64,000 bases of DNA. It comes from Thermococcus sp. JdFR-02 (GTDB lineage: Archaea > Methanobacteriota_B > Thermococci > Thermococcales > Thermococcaceae). Positions 1 to 8,693 of this stretch are shown in pieces. Under the pieces are notes generated by a model that ran no database searches, was not told where the DNA came from, and saw only the letters and a program-made list of their open reading frames with translations. Where the stretch lies: the NCBI GenBank assembly GCA_002009975.1, contig MTLP01000007.1, forward strand, positions 64,001-128,000, given 5' to 3'. Position 1 is the stretch's first letter, and the number at the start of each line of letters is the position of its first letter. Made by a program: the position numbers and the translations under genes.

Positions 1-16
1 GTATTACTACTAGGCA

Positions 17-30
17 GAAAAATTTATAAA
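17..30 (+). promoter_or_regulatory. BRE/TATA promoter of the radical SAM operon
   Basis: GAAAAA (BRE-like) directly followed by TTTATAAA, about 35 nt upstream of ATG 65. Confidence 0.6.
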
Positions 31-64
31 TATGAAGATATATTCCTATATATAGTGAAAATTC

Positions 65-1522
65 ATGAAAGCAAATGATAAAAAGCTCGAGATTTATATA
101 TTTACAGTTGAAGATAAGTATTTTCTCCTTTCTCCTCCAACTGGTATAGTTTTTGAAATTGATAGAAAAACTTACGAGTTTTGTAATACTGTTAGTGTAT
201 TCGGGTGGAGTAAGAGTAAGGAAGAATTTGTGAGGAAATATTCTGAGAGTGATTGGGATGCTTTAATTAGTGAGATTAAGACTGATGAAACTTTGAACAA
301 AATCTTTTTTGGAGAAAAACCTAAGCCCAACCTTCCTCTTGGAAGTATTAAACCAAAACTCTCAAGCTTATCTTTGAATGTTATGGAGGATTGCAATTTC
401 GCTTGTGTTTACTGCTATGGTAACGCAGGCACTTATAACACTCCAAACACTAAGATGGATTTTGAAACTGGGAAGAAAGCCATTGATCTTCTTATAAAGG
501 AAGGAAAGCAAGTTGTTAATATCAGCTTTTTTGGTGGAGAGCCTTTGCTTAACTTTGCACTTATTCAAAAGCTCGTTGCTTACGCTAAAGAAAAGGCTAA
601 GGAGCATAATAAAACCATCAACTTCAGCATAACAACAAATGGTTATCTTATTAACGATGAAGTTATTGACTTCTTCCTTGAGAACAACTTCACGGTAACA
701 TTGAGTTTTGATGGCCCAAAGGAAATTCAGGATTATAACAGATCTCTGAGGAGTGGTGCTGGAACTTTTGATGTTGTTTCAAAGAATGCCAAGAAAATGC
801 TTGAAAAAGGAGTCAAGGTTAGTGTTAGGACCACAATCTTACCAAGCCAGCTTGAAAAGTACTATGACATCTACCGCTTTTTTGTAGATTTCGGGTTTAG
901 AAGTGTCCACTTGGAAATGGCAACAATAAACGAAAAGCCCACGGAAGAACACATTGCGATAATCAAGGAGGCTCTGGAAAAAATTGCAAAGGATGAGTTA
1001 GGACACTACAAGGAAAAGGGGATAGTTTACACTAAGTTAAGGGATATAGTGAGGAGCATCTACTCCACGGCAGTCAAACAGTATCCTTGTGGTGCAGCGA
1101 GGACTTACTTTGGAGTCTCTGCTGATGGAACTATCTACCCCTGTCACAGATTTGTTGGAATGAGCAATTTTATTGTTGGAGGTGTTGATGACTTCAAGTG
1201 GGAGAACGAGTTTATTCAAAAGATCCTCCACTTCACTGTGGACAAGAGACCCTACTGTAGGGATTGTCCAATAAGGATGTACTGTGGAGGAGGATGTATT
1301 TACAACAACTTCTACTATAATGGCGACATTTTCAAGCCTGATGCGTTTCATTGTGCGTATATGGAAGAGTTGTTTAAGTGGGGTGTTTGGCTCTACTCAA
1401 ACCTTGATGAGGATTGGTTGAATAAGGCTTTTTCACGCTCACCCCGTGAAGGGGTGAGGGATGAGACACAAGCCGATGAATCCGAACAAAAAAGAAAGGG
1501 AGGTGATGGAAGTGGCGTTTAG
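65..1522 (+). CDS. Radical SAM/SPASM peptide maturase with N-terminal RRE-like domain (SCIFF/CteB/PapB-like thioether-forming enzyme)
   Basis: CNFACVYC radical SAM motif; FFGGEPLL, ITTNG, SFDG; SPASM cysteines PCGAA...IYPCHRF...CRDC-x5-CGGGC...HC; ~90 aa N-terminal beta-rich extension typical of an RRE; adjacent Cys-rich peptides. Confidence 0.9.
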   Translation: MKANDKKLEIYIFTVEDKYFLLSPPTGIVFEIDRKTYEFCNTVSVFGWSKSKEEFVRKYSESDWDALISEIKTDETLNKIFFGEKPKPNLPLGSIKPKLSSLSLNVMEDCNFACVYCYGNAGTYNTPNTKMDFETGKKAIDLLIKEGKQVVNISFFGGEPLLNFALIQKLVAYAKEKAKEHNKTINFSITTNGYLINDEVIDFFLENNFTVTLSFDGPKEIQDYNRSLRSGAGTFDVVSKNAKKMLEKGVKVSVRTTILPSQLEKYYDIYRFFVDFGFRSVHLEMATINEKPTEEHIAIIKEALEKIAKDELGHYKEKGIVYTKLRDIVRSIYSTAVKQYPCGAARTYFGVSADGTIYPCHRFVGMSNFIVGGVDDFKWENEFIQKILHFTVDKRPYCRDCPIRMYCGGGCIYNNFYYNGDIFKPDAFHCAYMEELFKWGVWLYSNLDEDWLNKAFSRSPREGVRDETQADESEQKRKGGDGSGV

Positions 1523-1664
1523 AAAACTGAACAAAGAAAGAGAGACAATATCACCACTATGTGCGTGGGTTGATATCTGCATAGACTACGACTATTGTGT
1601 TTGGGACGATTGTGGAAAGTTTGATGTATGTATATATGACAACTGCCTTGCGGATACTGATTAA
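1506..1664 (+). CDS. RiPP precursor peptide 1 (6 Cys, Asp-rich core)
   Basis: RBS GGGAGGTG at 1498-1505, start ATG 1506 or GTG 1512; (MEV)AFRKLNKERETISPL-CAWVDICIDYDYCVWDDCGKFDVCIYDNCLADTD. Confidence 0.85.
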   Translation: MEVAFRKLNKERETISPLCAWVDICIDYDYCVWDDCGKFDVCIYDNCLADTD

Positions 1665-1688
1665 AACTTCATACAGGAGGTGTTACAA

Positions 1689-1862
1689 ATGTTTAAAAAG
1701 CTTAATAATAAAAGCCAAAAGACCCAACCATCTCCTGAATGGTGCATTGACATCTGTATAGGTGGCGATGTATGTGGAGCATGTGATACAGCATGTGATC
1801 AGAATGACAGTTGTATTACAGATGGATGTATATTTGACTGTTATTTAGACATTACACCCTGA
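1689..1862 (+). CDS. RiPP precursor peptide 2 (8 Cys, Asp-rich core)
   Basis: RBS GGAGGTG at 1676-1682, ATG 1689; MFKKLNNKSQKTQPSPEW-CIDICIGGDVCGACDTACDQNDSCITDGCIFDCYLDITP; leader shared with precursor 1. Confidence 0.85.
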   Translation: MFKKLNNKSQKTQPSPEWCIDICIGGDVCGACDTACDQNDSCITDGCIFDCYLDITP

Positions 1863-1877
1863 AGGTCTCGTTGTTAA

Positions 1878-1889
1878 TTTTTTATTTTT
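1878..1889 (+). terminator. Oligo-T tract after the precursor genes, possible archaeal intrinsic terminator
   Basis: TTTTTTATTTTT about 15 nt after the precursor 2 stop. Confidence 0.4.
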
Positions 1890-1905
1890 ATAACCTAAAC
1901 AAAAT

Positions 1906-2793
1906 ATGGTGAGGAGAATGCTCAGAGTATTCATCAAAAAAGCACTGTATGATAGAACTGTAATTCTTGGTGTTTGTCTTTTTCTCATATTCTACTTTAA
2001 TATCCTTTTGGGAGTGAAGAACTCTACTTATTTTGAAAGCTGGCAATACTCAAAACTTGTTCTTAACTATTTTAGCGACATGCCTTCAATAGTTATTTTA
2101 ATCTTTGCAAGCATTTGGGGTTCAAGAAGCATAAACACCGAGTCTTTGCCATTGATTTTAAGTAAACCCCTTTCTCGATATAATTACTTACTTACAAAAG
2201 CCATGTCCTCTTTTTTATTCTTTTTAGCTTTGTCTCTCTTGTTATATCCAATTTTATTACTTTCTTCTCTTGCTTTTGGGACCTCTATCAGCTTAAACCT
2301 GAGCTTTGTACTAATATTTGCTCTATTTCTCTCTGCTTTCTATTCTATTGGTATGCTCATCTCAACTATAACTTCTCCTAAAAAAGCTCCTGTAGTAGCA
2401 CTCATTATAGTTATCTTATTTGTATACCTAGAATCTACATTTCACCATACAATTGAAAAAGAAGTGCTGAGGATGTACAATATTACCCAATATGATATGG
2501 CAAGATATTTTGCTACTAACGAAAAAATCTTTTGGAAAATTTCAAGTGACATATTTGCTCTTAAAGTCAAGAAAAGCTGGGAACAGTTTTTTAATCCTTT
2601 CACCCACTTTAGAATTTTGTTAACATATATAATGAGCAATGGAAACTTATGGAATTACTACCATTCTCCTGAAATATATTCTATATTCCAAATGCCTATA
2701 AAAGCGTGGAGAGCCTTGGGTTTTCTAATTCTCGATACATTATTACCATTAGTTATAACATTAAAAATCTTTAATCAAAAAGATTTAAGGTGA
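1906..2793 (+). CDS. ABC-2 type exporter permease
   Basis: About 6 TM segments; LILSKPLSRYNYLLTK motif; C-terminal FNQKDLR. Confidence 0.8.
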   Translation: MVRRMLRVFIKKALYDRTVILGVCLFLIFYFNILLGVKNSTYFESWQYSKLVLNYFSDMPSIVILIFASIWGSRSINTESLPLILSKPLSRYNYLLTKAMSSFLFFLALSLLLYPILLLSSLAFGTSISLNLSFVLIFALFLSAFYSIGMLISTITSPKKAPVVALIIVILFVYLESTFHHTIEKEVLRMYNITQYDMARYFATNEKIFWKISSDIFALKVKKSWEQFFNPFTHFRILLTYIMSNGNLWNYYHSPEIYSIFQMPIKAWRALGFLILDTLLPLVITLKIFNQKDLR

Positions 2794-2797
2794 TAAC

Positions 2798-3715
2798 ATG
2801 TGGTCGTTCAAGCTTGAAGCAAAGAACAGCTTGAGAACTAAAAAGTTTTGGTTAACAATAGTGCTGATCTCTCTAGTGTACGTTATAGCCTTTAGGGAGA
2901 TAAAGGACAACCTTAAAGCTACTACTAACCTCCAGGGGGTGTTGACTTTCAGTCTAATAGGCTATATACTTGCGAGTGCTTTTTTGTTCATAGGGTTATA
3001 TGTCCTTATTTTAGGAGCTACATCAATCAACGGTGACCTTGAAAATGGAACGGTTCAGATATCCTTAAGCAAGCCTGTTAATAGAATACAGTATCTAATC
3101 GGAAAGTTTCTTGGACAGTTCGTTTCAATCATTGTTGCACTTCTTTTCGCTACACTCCTTTCTCTTGTCATAACAAGATACTACAGCATATCCATAACAG
3201 TCAAAATAATTTCTGATCTTACAATAGCCAATGCTCTCACGCTCCTCTCAATGCTTCAGCTACTCGCACTCGGCTTACTTATCTCAACCTTCATTCGCTC
3301 TCAGAACACTGCTATCAGCGTTGTTCTCATCCTCTTCCTTGTTACCGGATTGGTGGCACCTCAAATAGTCGACAGCATGGCAAAAGACAGAGCTAGAGAA
3401 GAGTTCCACATCAAAACACCTGAAGATGCCATGAAGATGCCTGTTGAGGAACGCAACAAGTATCACCAACGTCAAATAGAACTCCAGAAGGAGTACCACT
3501 TAAGATACCTGTTCTACATTCCTCAAGTGCTCCTTGAGGATATAGTGATAGATATGCAGAGAACCACTTTTATCAAGGGGAAGATCAGAACAGAGTATAT
3601 CAGGGCTTGGGACGCCATCAAGAACAATCCTTTGAGGGTCTCTCTTCTTGTGGGACTAACCTTGGTCTATCTAATCATGGCAGTTTTTCGCTTTGTTAGA
3701 ATGGACCTGAGGTGA
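2798..3715 (+). CDS. ABC-2 type exporter permease
   Basis: LGATSINGDLENGTVQISLSKPVNRIQYLIGKF motif; C-terminal FVRMDLR. Confidence 0.85.
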   Translation: MWSFKLEAKNSLRTKKFWLTIVLISLVYVIAFREIKDNLKATTNLQGVLTFSLIGYILASAFLFIGLYVLILGATSINGDLENGTVQISLSKPVNRIQYLIGKFLGQFVSIIVALLFATLLSLVITRYYSISITVKIISDLTIANALTLLSMLQLLALGLLISTFIRSQNTAISVVLILFLVTGLVAPQIVDSMAKDRAREEFHIKTPEDAMKMPVEERNKYHQRQIELQKEYHLRYLFYIPQVLLEDIVIDMQRTTFIKGKIRTEYIRAWDAIKNNPLRVSLLVGLTLVYLIMAVFRFVRMDLR

Positions 3716-4635
3716 CAATTGTGTTGAGAATTGAGAATCTAATCAAGATTTACAAGGATATTAGGGCTTTGGATGGCTTGAATTTGGAGGTTAAAGAGGG
3801 GCAGATTTACGGATTTTTAGGACCTAACGGTGCCGGGAAGACAACAACAATCCTGAGCATTCTTGGAATGATATTCCCGCAGAAGGGCAGGATAGAAGTG
3901 CTAGGTGAGGAAGTCTTCAACGGAAAGTTCGATGAAGAGAAGCTCATCAAAGTCAAGTACATGATTGGTTACATGCCTGAGGACGCTACACTCTGGGATT
4001 TTTTAACGCCAATGCAGACGCTTGACATTATTGGTGAAGCTTTTAAAATGTCCAAAGCAGAGAGGCAAAAACGCTCAGAGGAGCTTTTAAAGCTCGTCGG
4101 CTTATGGGACGTCAAAGATAAAAAAGTTGGCAAGCTCTCAAAAGGAATGCGCCAGCGTTTATTGTTGGCACAGGCGCTCATTAATGATCCAGAACTTTTA
4201 ATCTTGGACGAGCCCATGAGCGGATTAGATCCAAAAGGTATTGCTGAATTCAAAGAGTTGATTAGGCAGTTCAACAAGGAAGGAAAAACAGTCTTCTTTT
4301 CATCGCACATCTTAGCTCATGTCGAAGAAATCTGCGACACTGTTGGCGTTATTGTTAAAGGAAAGCTGAGAGCCCAAGACTCTTTGGACAATATTAAAAA
4401 AGAGTTCTTAAGACGGGCTGGCCACACGATACTGATTGAGACAAACAAACCCATCCATATAGATCTTGAGGGAGTCAAAGTTGAGGTTATTGGTACTAAT
4501 AAATACAGGATTATCACAAGCAAAGATGTTAGGGAAGAACTCCACGACTTGATAGCAGTTCAAAACGCAAAAATTCTAACAATGCAGATTAAAGAGCCGA
4601 GCTTGGAAGAAATATTCCTAAAAATGATCGAATAA
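3712..4635 (+). CDS. ABC exporter ATP-binding protein
   Basis: Walker A GPNGAGKT, signature LSKGMRQ, Walker B LILDEP, SSH switch. Confidence 0.93.
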   Translation: MTIVLRIENLIKIYKDIRALDGLNLEVKEGQIYGFLGPNGAGKTTTILSILGMIFPQKGRIEVLGEEVFNGKFDEEKLIKVKYMIGYMPEDATLWDFLTPMQTLDIIGEAFKMSKAERQKRSEELLKLVGLWDVKDKKVGKLSKGMRQRLLLAQALINDPELLILDEPMSGLDPKGIAEFKELIRQFNKEGKTVFFSSHILAHVEEICDTVGVIVKGKLRAQDSLDNIKKEFLRRAGHTILIETNKPIHIDLEGVKVEVIGTNKYRIITSKDVREELHDLIAVQNAKILTMQIKEPSLEEIFLKMIE

Positions 4636-4704
4636 AGTTTTTCATGTTCATCCCGTGAAATAATGAGGCATATGCTGATGAGACAGATTTAAGGGAGGTG
4701 GGGG
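4630..4704 (+). repeat. Diverged copy of 1420-1505 (hairpin plus RBS module upstream of precursor genes)
   Basis: TTTCATGTTCATCCCGTGAA vs TTTCACGCTCACCCCGTGAA (17/20); ATGAGGCATATGCTGATGA vs ATGAGACACAAGCCGATGA (15/19); both end in AAGGGAGGTG. Confidence 0.7.
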
Positions 4705-4829
4705 ATGAAGTTGGAGATTTTAAACAAAGAAGAAACCCTTAAAGGAATGCTACCAAACTCCTGCCTACTCCAGCAGACTGGATTTGTTGGTGGCTAGAGG
4801 ACTACTGTGATCTTCACGAGCCATATTGA
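4705..4829 (+). pseudogene. Third RiPP precursor, frameshifted
   Basis: RBS then MKLEILNKEETLKGMLPNSCLL... (stop at 4795-4797); the -1 frame reads ...PADWICWWLEDYCDLHEPY* to 4829; followed by a T7 tract. Confidence 0.6.
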
Positions 4830-4929
4830 ATTATGAGCCAATTGTTCCTCCCCACTTTTTTTAATTATTTAGGGAGTAGGAGGTGCTACCTTCATAATTC
4901 AAGCACAGGATAATAAAGGAGGGAGTGTA

Positions 4930-5976
4930 TTGAACCAGAGAGTATTTTTAACAAGTGTTAAAAGAATATCAGAGATTGCAATAATCTCTATTTTAATTCT
5001 GCTTATCCTGACATCACTGACTGTTGAAGCCAAGAAGAAAACCCTTATTAACAATAACATGAACCTGCCTCTTTTCTTATGGTACGCTTCAAACAAAACT
5101 GCACAAGAGGAAGCCAAAGTACTTGGAATGAATCAAACAGAGTACTTAGAGTACGTAATCCTTAGAAAATTCGGTTTGAACAAACCGCTCTATGTCTTGA
5201 TTCCCCAACAAATTAAAAGCGCGATAACTTATATTGGGCAGAATAGGGAGTATATACTCATCTCCACTTTTAGAACTGTTCTTCTTCTCCTACTCGTTCA
5301 AGGTTTTATCTTGGTATTTGGTCTGCTCATTGGAGTTCTAGCTGGTTATAAAAGAGACGGCTTTTTGGATAAGCTAGTTTCAACATTGGCGCCTGTGTCA
5401 AACGGAGTTCCCAGCTGGTGGATTGCGGGCATGTTACTCCTTATTCTTTCTCTCAAATTTAATCTATTTCCCGCTTCGGGATATATGTCAATACCTCCAA
5501 AGACGGGTCTTTATTATTATTATCTTGATATTGCTAAGCACTTAGTTCTCCCATTTTTAGCCCTCTTTCTAGCTCGTTTCTGGGAATATGCTTTTATTGT
5601 TAGGAGCTTAATTTTTGAGGAGTTCAAAAGGGATTATATACTCGTTGCTGAAGCTAAAGGTGTTCCAAAAAAGAAAATTTTATGGGGACATGCCCTAAGA
5701 AATATCCTTCCCTCATTCCTTACCTTCACAACATACAACTTTCTCGACCTGCTCACAAGTGTCTTTGTGATTGATATAGTTTTCGATTTAAGAGGACTTG
5801 GGACTTTGTTAAGGATAAGCTTTTTCAGAACACTTGTAAGTGCTAGGGGAATTTTCACAACATTGAGACCAGAGCTTTTCCTTTCTATTTGTATTATTAT
5901 CATGATCCTGTACTTGGTTGTATCCGCAATCTTAGAGACCCTCTACATTTACCTCGATCCAAGAATTGGGGGATAA
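4930..5976 (+). CDS. Peptide ABC transporter permease (OppB/DppB-like)
   Basis: EAA loop DYILVAEAKGV...HALRN; C-terminal YLDPRI. Confidence 0.85.
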   Translation: MNQRVFLTSVKRISEIAIISILILLILTSLTVEAKKKTLINNNMNLPLFLWYASNKTAQEEAKVLGMNQTEYLEYVILRKFGLNKPLYVLIPQQIKSAITYIGQNREYILISTFRTVLLLLLVQGFILVFGLLIGVLAGYKRDGFLDKLVSTLAPVSNGVPSWWIAGMLLLILSLKFNLFPASGYMSIPPKTGLYYYYLDIAKHLVLPFLALFLARFWEYAFIVRSLIFEEFKRDYILVAEAKGVPKKKILWGHALRNILPSFLTFTTYNFLDLLTSVFVIDIVFDLRGLGTLLRISFFRTLVSARGIFTTLRPELFLSICIIIMILYLVVSAILETLYIYLDPRIGG

Positions 5977-5980
5977 GTAA

Positions 5981-7306
5981 ATGATTGAAGAAAAATCCAT
6001 TAAATATGGTTTCCTGATCATAACCTCTTTCATCCTTTTATCTCTCCTAACTCCCTTTATAGTTCCTGAGGAAAGGGTTAAGTACTGGAACGATGGTAAT
6101 TACTGGATTAAGAATCCTAAACTTGCGCCACCCAAGTGGTACAACTATTTTACAAGCAAAGACAGAACACCAACTGAGATTCTCACTCCAAAACAAAAGA
6201 AAATTGAGAATTTTAATTCTTTAAGGATGTACAATTTCTCCTTTGAATATGACTACACTTATTATGTTCCTCCTCAAGATATTTGGATAAATCTTAATGT
6301 TAATTCGAGCAATGCACTTTATGAGGTTTCCTTTATCCGTCCAGATAGGATCAATATTCTGCTCCTTCAAGGGGAAGTCCAAAAGGGAGAAATCTCCCTA
6401 AAAACACGTCAAGAAGTCAGAAAAACTGTCATGAACTTTGCAATGGAGAAGCTTGATGTAAAGACATTCAACCAGCTCACCTTCAATCCCTTTGAATACC
6501 TTTTTTCATCCAAAAGCGGAAATCCTCTGAAGGGTGTTTATAGAATTGATGTTGTTATTTACTCTTTTAATCAGAGTGATGTTATTGAAGAGCCGAGCAT
6601 TAGAATTGTGGGAAGTTGCTATGGGATTTTAGGGACTGATAATATGGGAAGAGACTTATTTGTGGGTTTTATATGGGCTATGAGGAATACACTATTTTTA
6701 GCTTTATTTGTCGCTCTCTTCACAGTGTTTTTTGGAACACTCTTTGGTTTAATAACTGGTTACATAGATTCAAGATTAAGTAAAGCTCTTGAATTTGTAA
6801 ACAAAGTTTTCCTTGCTCTTCCTGTTCTTCCAACTGCTTTAATCATAACATATCTCATCTCGGTTCAGAGTGTGGGTAAGAGCGTGGAGCTTTCAACATT
6901 TGAGTTTTCAATTATACTGAGTGCATTACTTTGGGGAAAACCTGCACGGAGTATAAAGGCAATTGTTGAACAAGAAAAGGTTCAAGAATACGTTACTGTT
7001 GCTGAAAGCATTGGTGCAAGCAAATTCTATATTCTAAGAAGACATATATTGAAAAAAGTCCTCCCTTACTCTTTTGCAGTTCTCTCAATAACAGTTCCAA
7101 AGGTCATTGTTCTTATTTCGCTTTTTGGATTTTTTGGTATCGTTCCTGGGATTAATTGGGGCTCTTTCATGGCTGAAGCATTGGAAAGGGGTGGATTTTA
7201 TGGTGGTGTTTGGTGGTGGATAATTCCACCAGGATTAGCAATAGCCTTGATTGGGATTGGCTTCGTCTTGATAAATAAGGGAATAGAAAAATGGTTAGGA
7301 ATATAG
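5981..7306 (+). CDS. Peptide ABC transporter permease (OppC/DppC-like)
   Basis: LGTDNMGRD, EYVTVAESIGAS...RHIL, WWWIIPPG. Confidence 0.85.
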   Translation: MIEEKSIKYGFLIITSFILLSLLTPFIVPEERVKYWNDGNYWIKNPKLAPPKWYNYFTSKDRTPTEILTPKQKKIENFNSLRMYNFSFEYDYTYYVPPQDIWINLNVNSSNALYEVSFIRPDRINILLLQGEVQKGEISLKTRQEVRKTVMNFAMEKLDVKTFNQLTFNPFEYLFSSKSGNPLKGVYRIDVVIYSFNQSDVIEEPSIRIVGSCYGILGTDNMGRDLFVGFIWAMRNTLFLALFVALFTVFFGTLFGLITGYIDSRLSKALEFVNKVFLALPVLPTALIITYLISVQSVGKSVELSTFEFSIILSALLWGKPARSIKAIVEQEKVQEYVTVAESIGASKFYILRRHILKKVLPYSFAVLSITVPKVIVLISLFGFFGIVPGINWGSFMAEALERGGFYGGVWWWIIPPGLAIALIGIGFVLINKGIEKWLGI

Positions 7307-8629
7307 CTACGCTAGCATTTCTTTAACTTCCTTAGCTATCTTTTCAATTTCAATGCTCTTCTGTTCTCCGCTTATCATGTCTCTAATAGTTGCTTTTCCT
7401 TCAGCCAAATCTCTCTTTCCAAGTATTATCACGAGAGGTATTTCAACTTTATCTGCATATTCTAAAGCCTTTCTGAGCTTTCTCCCTTGTAACTCATACT
7501 CTGCTTTAATTCTTTCTTTTCTTAGCATTTGGGTTATTTCAATAACTTTCTTTTTAATTTCAAGCTCTTTTCCAATATAAACAACCAAAACGTCAGAGCT
7601 TAATCTAAGGTTAGGTAATAGACCTTTGCTTTCTAAAATTGGGATTAAACGTTCAATTCCAATGGCAAAGCCTGTTGCTGGGGTTGGTTTTCCTCCAAAG
7701 ACCTCAATTAAGTTGTCATATCTTCCACCGCCACCAATTGAACCTATCCCCAAATCGTTTTCTGCAATGGCTTCAAAAACTATGCTTGTGTAATAATCAA
7801 AACCTCTCGCAATTCCAAAGTCAATTAAAGCATAATCATAAACGCCGTAAGCCTTTAAAAGTTCAAAAAGCTCTTCTATTTTCTTCAGCTCTTCTTTAGC
7901 CTCTTTGCTTGTAAAAAGCTCGTAAGCTTTTGGTAAAACTTCATCTGGTTTTCCTTTAAGCTCAATTAGAGAGAACACCTTTTCTATTGCATCATCATTT
8001 AAGCCGAAGTCTTTTAACGCTTCTATAAACTCTTCTCTGCTCATCTTATCTTTCTTATCAATCAAGCGCATTAAGCCAATATCATCTTTAACGCCAAGCA
8101 TTTTAGCGAATTCGTCAAGGAGAATTCTATCGCCAATGTTTAGTGTGAAATCTTTTAGCCCAGTACTCAAATATGATTCAATCATTAAGGCAATAACCTC
8201 AGCATCGGCTTCAATATTTGGTGAACCTATTAACTCTACCCCAGCTTGCCAGAATTCCCTTAAGCGACCGCTTTGTGGTTCCTCATAGCGGAACATGTTC
8301 GTTATATAGTACCACTTTACTGGTTTTGGAGCGTTTTGAAATTTATTTACAAATAAACGAGCAACACTTGAAGTTAAATCTGGTCTTAGAGAGACATCTC
8401 TGCCGCCTTTATCTTTAAATGCATACAGCTGTTTTACGACCTCTTCACCGCTCCTCAATTGGAAAAGCTTCGTATATTCAAAGGTTGGTGTTAGGATTTC
8501 TTTAAAGCCATAAACCTCAAAAACTTCTCTTATTCTCTCAAATACATATCTTCTTTTTACCATATCCTCTGGAAGCAGATCCCTTGTTCCTTTGACTCTC
8601 TCAATTTGTTGCTTTGCCATTTCTCCCAC
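7307..8629 (-). CDS. hisS: Histidine--tRNA ligase
   Basis: KGTRDL, LRPDLT, FRYEEPQSGRLREFWQ, RGFDYY, GGGRYD. Confidence 0.97.
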   Translation of the reverse strand: MGEMAKQQIERVKGTRDLLPEDMVKRRYVFERIREVFEVYGFKEILTPTFEYTKLFQLRSGEEVVKQLYAFKDKGGRDVSLRPDLTSSVARLFVNKFQNAPKPVKWYYITNMFRYEEPQSGRLREFWQAGVELIGSPNIEADAEVIALMIESYLSTGLKDFTLNIGDRILLDEFAKMLGVKDDIGLMRLIDKKDKMSREEFIEALKDFGLNDDAIEKVFSLIELKGKPDEVLPKAYELFTSKEAKEELKKIEELFELLKAYGVYDYALIDFGIARGFDYYTSIVFEAIAENDLGIGSIGGGGRYDNLIEVFGGKPTPATGFAIGIERLIPILESKGLLPNLRLSSDVLVVYIGKELEIKKKVIEITQMLRKERIKAEYELQGRKLRKALEYADKVEIPLVIILGKRDLAEGKATIRDMISGEQKSIEIEKIAKEVKEMLA

Positions 8630-8693
8630 CTAAAGGCATAAAGCATAGAGCAGTTAAAAATTTTGTTAATACCCTTTTGTCACATTAACAAAG

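Noticed and set aside
1461-1505. ORF-track N-terminal extension of precursor 1 (MRHKPMNP...)
   Set aside because: The strong RBS lies at 1498-1505, and alignment with precursor 2 places the start at 1506 or 1512.
1506-1862. Precursors as ferredoxins or metallothioneins
   Set aside because: No CxxCxxCxxxCP motif; a shared leader and the adjacent RRE-rSAM fit RiPP substrates better.
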